Origin: Bacilli bacterium
GTDB taxonomy: Bacteria > Bacillota_I > Bacilli_A > RFN20 > CAG-826
Length of the DNA stretch: 64,000 bases
Reading direction: 5' to 3'
Assembly (NCBI GenBank): GCA_017447305.1
Contig: JAFSNY010000080.1
Span: 20,884-84,883, forward strand
Each line of letters opens with the position of its first letter. Positions within the stretch are counted from its first letter, which is position 1. A program made the translations under genes and the position numbers. Below the pieces are notes generated by a model that was not told where the DNA came from, did no database searches, and worked only from the letters and a program-made list of their open reading frames with translations. Shown piece by piece: positions 57,960-64,000 of this stretch.

Positions 57960-58035
57960 GGGTCCATAGCTCATCTGGAAGAGCGCATCGTTCGCAACGA
58001 TGAGGTGGCGAGTTCGAGCCTCGTTGGATCCACCA
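57960..58035 (+). tRNA. tRNA-Ala (anticodon CGC)
   Basis: Acceptor GGGTCCA/TGGATCC with the G3·U70 alanine identity pair; D-arm GCTC-ATCTGGAA-GAGC; anticodon stem CATCG/CGATG with loop TTCGCAA; T-loop TTCGAGC; 3' ACCA. Confidence 0.85.
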
Positions 58036-58198
58036 AATAACACACAATTGTAGTTGGCCAAAGTCGCTTATCCAAAAATGTCCAAAGTTGACTACTTAGA
58101 TAATGGTGGTGCAGAAACCCCAAAATTGCTCACTCTTCTGAGTGGGTTTTGGTTTTTTAAGGGGTGTTTTTTTGTTATGAAACATTATCAAATTAATT

Positions 58199-58441
58199 AT
58201 GTATAATGAAAATATCAATAAGGGAATAAAAATAGCGAGTGATTTAGGAAAAAGCTGTAAGCTTAAAAAGATAAAAATTAATTATCCAAATGGTGATGTT
58301 TATGAAGGAATGGGCGCTGCCTATTATAATCCACCGTACGAACCTCATGGAATAGGTCGATATTATCAAAGTCTAGTGGAATTACTTTCGAAGCAGACTG
58401 GGAGTGGAGAAGAGGACCAGACTTTAAATCGATACGAATAA
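58199..58441 (+). CDS. Small MORN-repeat-like hypothetical protein (80 aa); possibly the 5' part of a disrupted gene
   Basis: YPNGDVYEGMGAAYY is MORN-like. The ORF ends at TAA TAA, and another frame continues downstream. Confidence 0.35.
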   Translation: MYNENINKGIKIASDLGKSCKLKKIKINYPNGDVYEGMGAAYYNPPYEPHGIGRYYQSLVELLSKQTGSGEEDQTLNRYE

Positions 58442-58443
58442 TA

Positions 58444-58809
58444 AATAAGCCATTAGGAAAATCGTTTGTTATTTTACAGGTTTACGCTGGTGAGATTTAT
58501 GGCGATTTAGTTCATCTTGATATAATCGAGGCAAAAGAAGGAGAATACGCCTTTAAAGATTTGCCATCTATCATCTTAGAACCACATAGTTGGTCTAATT
58601 ACTTATTTAGAATTAAAAAAGTTACCGATAATGAATTAACGTTTGATTTTGTTGGCCCTAAAGTTGACCATGGTAAATTCATCGATTTTGTAGCCCCTAG
58701 AGGCGAATCCAAAAAATATGAGTCCACATTTTCTTCAACAATCATTTGGGACCATGGTAATGAGTATGATGTCACACAAAGCGCCAAGATAGAAATATTA
58801 TATTTCTAG
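58444..58809 (+). CDS. Hypothetical ORF (listed with a TTG start at 58561; the open frame extends back to 58444)
   Basis: The frame is open from just after the upstream stop and lacks an ATG. It may be a -1-shifted continuation of the preceding ORF. Confidence 0.3.
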   Translation, partial: NKPLGKSFVILQVYAGEIYGDLVHLDIIEAKEGEYAFKDLPSIILEPHSWSNYLFRIKKVTDNELTFDFVGPKVDHGKFIDFVAPRGESKKYESTFSSTIIWDHGNEYDVTQSAKIEILYF

Positions 58810-58934
58810 GTTAGCTTTTATTCAGCATCGTTAGGAATAAATTCGACATACTTTTCTAGATATTGATGATATTGCTCATCATTTTCTAGTTCGTAATCGT
58901 TAAATAAGTATTTATATAAATCGTTAATTAAAAT

Positions 58935-58996
58935 CAAATAAAAAAACTAGAATTGGCTTCTATGTTTTATAGGTTTGCCTTTTCTAGTTTTTTAAT
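58935..58996. terminator. Long hairpin (bidirectional terminator-like) downstream of the SBP gene
   Basis: aaaaactagaa-(ggcttctatgttttataggtttgcc)-ttctagttttt. Confidence 0.5.
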
Positions 58997-59001
58997 GCTT
59001 A

Positions 59002-60276
59002 TTAATCTGGGAATTCGCCGAATTTAGCAATAGCTTCGTCGATAGTTAATGGGTTTTCTAAAGCGATGATTGAATCGCCCGCTTTTCTAACTTGCTTATC
59101 AGCCCAATCGGACAATCCAATTTGAGATGGGGTGAAGCAACGTTCTTGCTTAAGTTTTCCAAATCCTGCAAACAATCCATCTAAGGACATCTTTTTACAA
59201 GGGGATGTCATACGTTTATCATTGTTCATCTTGTTTAATTCGGTAGTGGAGACGATGAATCTCATGAATTCATTGGCCATATCGAGTTTAGTACTTTTCT
59301 TATTAACGGAGAAGCATAATTCGACTGTGTTATACATATATCCACCCTCATCGGTGGTTGGAACAGGGGCAAAACTATATTTGAATAATGGTAACTTGTT
59401 ACCATGTTCGTCTTTGGGTTCTCTTTTTTCTGTGCCGGAGAAGGTGTTGCCTTTGGCAAGCATCATTGCAACATCACCCTCGAAGAATCTCTTAATGGTT
59501 GCATCATAGTCATCTTTGATGGCTGCGCATGCTTCAAGATCGACGTAGTCGTGGGACATGAATTCATTTAACATAGTTAAACTTGGTCTCATGTATTCTC
59601 CAGCGGATTTATCTTTGCTGTTTAATTTGTCAACTTTTTCTTGATCGCCAAGGATAGATGCGCAGAAATGAGGGAAGAAAATTGGATAAACAATCATGCT
59701 GTTATGTGCGAGCATTGGATAAATGCCATCCATTTCTTGGAATTTGTCACAAGCGGTAATTAATTCGTTATATGTTTCAGGAATTTTAATATTATTGTTC
59801 TTAAAGAGATCCTCGTTGACCATCATTCCATATGTTGCGGTAAAGATAGGAACATACGGAACTTTTCCGTTCGCATCCCTATAAATATATGCATCTTTGA
59901 TGCAATCTAAATTAATATCTAGATCTTCCGTTGCTAAATCTTCAGTGTATTCATCGTATAAAGAGAAATCTAAAGATGAATATGTGAAGAAGATATCTGG
60001 TGGGGTATCTCCTGATAAAGTGGTAATCAAATTCTTTTTGTGGCTTGGGTCACAAACGTAATTAATTTCAACGTTTGGATAATATTTTTGGAATCTTGCT
60101 ACTGCAAAATCTAGGGCTTCAAAGTTACTATAATGTCCCCTTACTTCTAATTCCATCTCAATATTTGTGTCTAGTCTTGGCTTAAAAGCTCTTTCACCAT
60201 TATTGTTTCCACATGAGGTAAAAGACATCGTCATAAACATTGACATTGAAAGCATTAATAATCTTTTCATACGCAT
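59002..60276 (-). CDS. Extracellular solute-binding lipoprotein (family 1 sugar ABC SBP)
   Basis: Lipobox MSFTSCGNN. ~424 aa with a carbohydrate-SBP-like fold and composition. Confidence 0.7.
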   Translation of the reverse strand: MRMKRLLMLSMSMFMTMSFTSCGNNNGERAFKPRLDTNIEMELEVRGHYSNFEALDFAVARFQKYYPNVEINYVCDPSHKKNLITTLSGDTPPDIFFTYSSLDFSLYDEYTEDLATEDLDINLDCIKDAYIYRDANGKVPYVPIFTATYGMMVNEDLFKNNNIKIPETYNELITACDKFQEMDGIYPMLAHNSMIVYPIFFPHFCASILGDQEKVDKLNSKDKSAGEYMRPSLTMLNEFMSHDYVDLEACAAIKDDYDATIKRFFEGDVAMMLAKGNTFSGTEKREPKDEHGNKLPLFKYSFAPVPTTDEGGYMYNTVELCFSVNKKSTKLDMANEFMRFIVSTTELNKMNNDKRMTSPCKKMSLDGLFAGFGKLKQERCFTPSQIGLSDWADKQVRKAGDSIIALENPLTIDEAIAKFGEFPD

Positions 60277-60347
60277 ACCTCTCTTTGCCTCTAATATATG
60301 ATATTTGTCATTTATATGAAAGATTTTGTGTTAGAATAACAACAAAG

Positions 60348-62891
60348 ATGAAAGACCAAAGAAAGAACAAACTGACAACACTTTTGATTGTTGCTATTAA
60401 CGTTATTTTCGTCATTGGTTTATTTTTCGCGGAATTCCAATATATTTCTTCGACTAGAAGACAAACCATCGATAGAAACGAACAGAGTTTTAAAAACACC
60501 AATGTCTCTCTCGTTAGCATGACCAATAATTATCTAGTTGGAGAAAGAAACTTATGCCGATCATGGTCTAATTATCTAAATAACGATGTTCAAACAATGG
60601 AGGACGCCATTGATTTTGTTAGAACTGCTATTACCGATACTGATGTCATGGGTCATATTGTTTACAAAACAAAAACAAAATTGACTGGATACTCGACAAA
60701 AGCAAGTTCTTCTAACCCATCAGATTTTAGAGTTGATTATAGTTCAATTAGCTCATTAGTTTTCACTTCTGAAGAATCGGGTGTTAGAGTTTCCTCTTCC
60801 TATATCAATCCAATTAATGGATCCCCATCAATTGCTTTTTATAACGACATCAAATTAAAAGACCCAGATGATAATTCACAAGAAGTTGATGCTTATTTAC
60901 TCCGTGTAGTTTTAAGAGATAATTTCAAGCAAAGATGGACATTCCCAAGTGGTTCTTTTAAAAATCTTCAAGTTACACTTATTGATAAGGATGGTAACTA
61001 TATCATCTCCGGAAAATCATTTAGAGGCTCCAACTTTTTTGCATTTTATAGGTCCTATAACAAAGCAAATGATGAAACGATTGCGAATTTAAAACAAGAA
61101 GTTACCACAAACAGTGGAATTATGAAGATGTTTAATGCGGTTGGAGAAGAATGTTACATCGCTTATTCTCATCTCTCTAGCCCTGTTGATTGGATTATTC
61201 TTACTTATACCCCCGCAAGTGATATCACATCCGTTCCAACGGACTGGTTGCTTATTTCAATTTTGGCCATTGGGTTAGTAGCGTTATTTATTATCGACCT
61301 TTCATTCTTGCTCAAACTTAATAAAAACTTAGTGGAAACCGCAAAGGTTGCCGATAGCGCCAACAAAGCTAAAACAGATTTCTTAAGTACGATGTCTCAT
61401 GATATTAGAACCCCAATCAATGCGATTATTGGCTTTACCGCTTTAGCGAAGAATGAGCAAAACAACCCAACATCCACCCAAGACTCACTTAAAAAGATTG
61501 AACTTGCAAGCAATCATCTTTTGACATTGATTAATGACATCTTAGATTTATCTAAGATTGAAAGCGGAGCAATCAATATCAATTATATTGATTTCTCTAT
61601 TGTGGATATATTTGAAAACTTGTTAAATATTTCTCAACCAATGGTGAAATCAAAAAATATCAATTTCTCATTTAGAGTACATAACTGTGATAACGAATGG
61701 TTGTTTGCAGACAAACTCAGACTTAGTCAAATATTCACCAATCTATCAAGCAACGCCTTGAAATACACACCTGAAAACGGCAATGTCTTTATCGACGTTG
61801 AAGAACAACCAAGTGACAAAGAAGGATATGTAAAACTTATCTATAGAGTGCAAGACACTGGTATTGGTATGTCTCAAGAATTTGTAGATAGAATGTATGA
61901 ACCATTCTCTAGAGCGACTGATAGTAGAGTTAATTCCATTCAAGGCACCGGCCTAGGTTTAGCTATCACCAAACGTATGGTGGATATCATGGGTGGGACA
62001 ATTGACTGTCAAAGTGAATTAGGTAAAGGAACAACCTTCACGGTAACACTTGATATCAAGATTGCCGAACGAGAAGATGAAAAACTTAGCCTTCCAGAAA
62101 CTAATATTCTCCTTGTTGATAGTGACGATGCGATTCTCGAATCAGCCTCTAATACTTTAATTTCCCTAGGAGCGAAAGTGGATATTGCTTCAAGTGGAAA
62201 AGATGCCTTAGAAAAAGCTAAGGATAATCAATATCGTGTTGTCATTACTAATTACAAATTAACGGATATGAGTGGTCTTGATTTAATTAAAGAAATTAAG
62301 AAGATTTCTCATGGTGAATTAGATGTTTTAATGTCTACGTACGATTGGTCGGATGTTGAAAAAGAATCAAAAGATGAAAATATCACCGACTTAATCTTTA
62401 AGCCATTCTTTAGAAGCGTCCTTTATGAAAAGATTATTGAAGTCGTTAATCCTGAACTTAAGAGTAGTGTTGTCAAAGAAGAAGAAACCTATTTCAACGA
62501 TATTAACGTATTAGTTACTGAAGATAATGAAATTAACTGGGAGATTATTTCCTCGCTCCTAGAGATGTATGGAGTTACCAGTGAACGTGCGGAAAATGGT
62601 AAAGTTGCTCTTAATTTATTAGAAGACGCTAATAATGATGGTAAATGGGATATCGTCTTCATGGATATTCAAATGCCGGTTATGAACGGACTTGATGCGA
62701 CGAGAGCGATTCGTAAGATTGATAGAGAATATACGAAGAATGTTCCAATTATCGCGATGACCGCGGATGCTTTCTCAGAGAACGTCATCGAATGTTTAAA
62801 CGCTGGCATGAACGGACATATTGCAAAACCAATCGATATTAATCTTGTCCTTAATGAGATTAGAAAAATACACGCAAAGAAGAACAAATAA
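60348..62891 (+). CDS. Hybrid sensor histidine kinase: extracytoplasmic sensor domain between 2 TMs, HisKA, HATPase_c and two C-terminal receiver domains
   Basis: The H-box is FLSTMSHDIRTPINAIIGF; the N, G1 and G2 boxes are NLSSNALKYTPENGNV...DTGIGM...GTGLGLAI. REC1 is ILLVDSDD..., and REC2 is VLVTEDNEIN...DIVFMDIQMPVMNG...K. The start at MKDQRKNK (ATG 60348) is preferred over the listed 60240. Confidence 0.85.
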   Translation: MKDQRKNKLTTLLIVAINVIFVIGLFFAEFQYISSTRRQTIDRNEQSFKNTNVSLVSMTNNYLVGERNLCRSWSNYLNNDVQTMEDAIDFVRTAITDTDVMGHIVYKTKTKLTGYSTKASSSNPSDFRVDYSSISSLVFTSEESGVRVSSSYINPINGSPSIAFYNDIKLKDPDDNSQEVDAYLLRVVLRDNFKQRWTFPSGSFKNLQVTLIDKDGNYIISGKSFRGSNFFAFYRSYNKANDETIANLKQEVTTNSGIMKMFNAVGEECYIAYSHLSSPVDWIILTYTPASDITSVPTDWLLISILAIGLVALFIIDLSFLLKLNKNLVETAKVADSANKAKTDFLSTMSHDIRTPINAIIGFTALAKNEQNNPTSTQDSLKKIELASNHLLTLINDILDLSKIESGAININYIDFSIVDIFENLLNISQPMVKSKNINFSFRVHNCDNEWLFADKLRLSQIFTNLSSNALKYTPENGNVFIDVEEQPSDKEGYVKLIYRVQDTGIGMSQEFVDRMYEPFSRATDSRVNSIQGTGLGLAITKRMVDIMGGTIDCQSELGKGTTFTVTLDIKIAEREDEKLSLPETNILLVDSDDAILESASNTLISLGAKVDIASSGKDALEKAKDNQYRVVITNYKLTDMSGLDLIKEIKKISHGELDVLMSTYDWSDVEKESKDENITDLIFKPFFRSVLYEKIIEVVNPELKSSVVKEEETYFNDINVLVTEDNEINWEIISSLLEMYGVTSERAENGKVALNLLEDANNDGKWDIVFMDIQMPVMNGLDATRAIRKIDREYTKNVPIIAMTADAFSENVIECLNAGMNGHIAKPIDINLVLNEIRKIHAKKNK

Positions 62892-62893
62892 TT

Positions 62894-64000
62894 ATGAAAA
62901 CAGATGTTAGAAGAGAAAAAGAACTCGAAATTAAAAAGACCATCCTCATTGTCGAAGATGATGAAATTAATGGTGACATCCTCGCCTCTTTTTTAGAACA
63001 TGACTTCTATCTTCTCCGTGCGTACAACGGAAAAGAATGCTTAGAAATCTTAAATAGAGACGACAGAATGATTGATTTAGTTCTTCTTGATATTTTCATG
63101 CCAATAATGAATGGATATGAGGTTCTTCACGAAAGACAATATAATCCAAAACTAAAAAGAATCCCGTTTATCGTCATGACCGCGGAAGCAAAGATTGAAG
63201 AAGAATGCTTCCACCTCGGAGTTAATGATTTTATCAAAAAACCATATGATAACCCCGATATTATTGTCGCAAGAATCAAAAGGATGATTGAACTCTATGA
63301 AGATAGAAGCATCATCAAAGAAGTTAAAAGAGATAAGCTGACTAATCTCTATTCAATGGAGTTCTTCAAGAAGTACTGCGCGCAGTTCAACTTAAGACAC
63401 CCAAAGATTAAGAAAGATTTGTTAGCGATTAACATTACACGCTTCCATTTGTTGAATGAACTATATGGACGTGATTATGCTGACGAGATCTTAAAAGATA
63501 TTGCTGATTCAATTAAGAATTTCGTGAGACAAAATGAAGGAATTGCCGCTCGCGCTAGTGGAGATAATTTCTATATCTACTGTCATCACCAAGATGATTA
63601 TTCAGAATTCTTTAATAACGTCATCGAACACGTTAAAGGGTTAACACATGTGAATATTGTTCACGTTCGTGTCGGTATTTATCCAAATGTTAATCCAAAT
63701 ATGGATATCGATATTGTCATCGGCAGAGCGATGGCAGCCTCTTTAATAGTTAAAGAAGATGTTAATAAGATCTTTGCTGTTTATGACGAATCTTCAGAAG
63801 AACAAGTTCATTTTAATGAGCATCTCATCAATTCATTTGAAGATTCGATTAAAAACAAAGATTTCAAAGTCTTCTTCCAGCCAAAATACAATATTCAAGG
63901 AGAAAGAAATAGACTTGCTTCAGCGGAAGCTTTAGTGAGATGGTTCCATCCAAAATATGGAATGATTTCTCCTGGTATTTTCATTCCATTATTTGAGAAG
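62894..64000 (+). CDS. Response regulator REC-GGDEF(degenerate)-EAL; it runs off the 3' end of the window
   Basis: REC is KTILIVEDDEING...DLVLLDIFMPIMNG...K. The GGDEF-like region has RASGDNF instead of RxGGDEF. The EAL domain starts at AEALVRWFHPKYGMISPGIFIPLFE. Confidence 0.8.
   Translation, partial: MKTDVRREKELEIKKTILIVEDDEINGDILASFLEHDFYLLRAYNGKECLEILNRDDRMIDLVLLDIFMPIMNGYEVLHERQYNPKLKRIPFIVMTAEAKIEEECFHLGVNDFIKKPYDNPDIIVARIKRMIELYEDRSIIKEVKRDKLTNLYSMEFFKKYCAQFNLRHPKIKKDLLAINITRFHLLNELYGRDYADEILKDIADSIKNFVRQNEGIAARASGDNFYIYCHHQDDYSEFFNNVIEHVKGLTHVNIVHVRVGIYPNVNPNMDIDIVIGRAMAASLIVKEDVNKIFAVYDESSEEQVHFNEHLINSFEDSIKNKDFKVFFQPKYNIQGERNRLASAEALVRWFHPKYGMISPGIFIPLFEK

Overview
AT-rich (~33% GC) bacterial chromosome window using the standard genetic code: TGA is a stop and Trp is TGG. 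Genes are densely packed, and about 55 protein-coding genes and 4 tRNAs can be supported.

Gene content points to an anaerobic, probably wall-less or Mollicutes-/Erysipelotrichia-like Bacillota relative. Supporting this: membrane-anchored Endonuclease-I nucleases, GT4 and GT2 glycolipid-type glycosyltransferases, lipoproteins and surface proteins with C-terminal TM anchors, and an oxygen/ROS-detox set (flavodoxin, FprA flavodiiron protein, desulfoferrodoxin, Ldh, Sir2). No peptidoglycan genes are present.

- 1-10.6 kb: glycan/mannan-utilisation genes (GH130 C-terminus, two SGNH esterases, a frameshifted alpha/beta-hydrolase, ManA). They are organised around an operon in which a MalK/MsmX-type ATPase with a ~260-aa C-terminal extension is co-transcribed with three non-canonical membrane proteins (one DUF624/YesL-like) instead of MalFG-type permeases.
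- 6.2-9 kb: a GT4 + GT2 glycosyltransferase operon carrying two paralogous mini 2-TM proteins.
- 10.6-15.6 kb: a cysK remnant with an internal deletion, two small membrane ORFs and a P-type ATPase.
- 17.5-30.3 kb: two heterodimeric ABC exporter pairs, the first preceded by a TetR regulator, the second by an XRE regulator. Between them lie a 614-aa unknown membrane protein coupled to LemA, and a galactokinase.
- 30.3-39.9 kb: flavodoxin, FprA, a tandem-repeat membrane protein, Sir2, desulfoferrodoxin, Ldh, a NUDIX hydrolase and a sugar nucleotidyltransferase.
- 39.9-45.3 kb: two acidic-repeat lipoproteins flanking gpmA; one is a Big_2-fused Endonuclease-I nuclease, the other is CotH-like.
- 47.8-58.8 kb: an accessory stretch punctuated by four singleton tRNAs that read G-ending codons: Leu-CAG, Arg-CCG, Leu-CAA and Ala-CGC. 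It holds a two-gene HipA-homologous kinase module (short HipT/CtkA-like kinase plus an overlapping upstream small ORF, no HipB) immediately 3' of tRNA-Leu(CAG); this is the most novel candidate system in the window. Also here are a GH13 alpha-glucosidase, a ~520-bp highly structured non-coding region, an 895-aa surface protein and an Mbeg1-like hydrolase.
- 59-64 kb: a sugar-type SBP lipoprotein divergent from a hybrid HK (two REC domains) and a REC-GGDEF(degenerate)-EAL regulator.

No CRISPR array, rRNA, integrase or transposase was seen.
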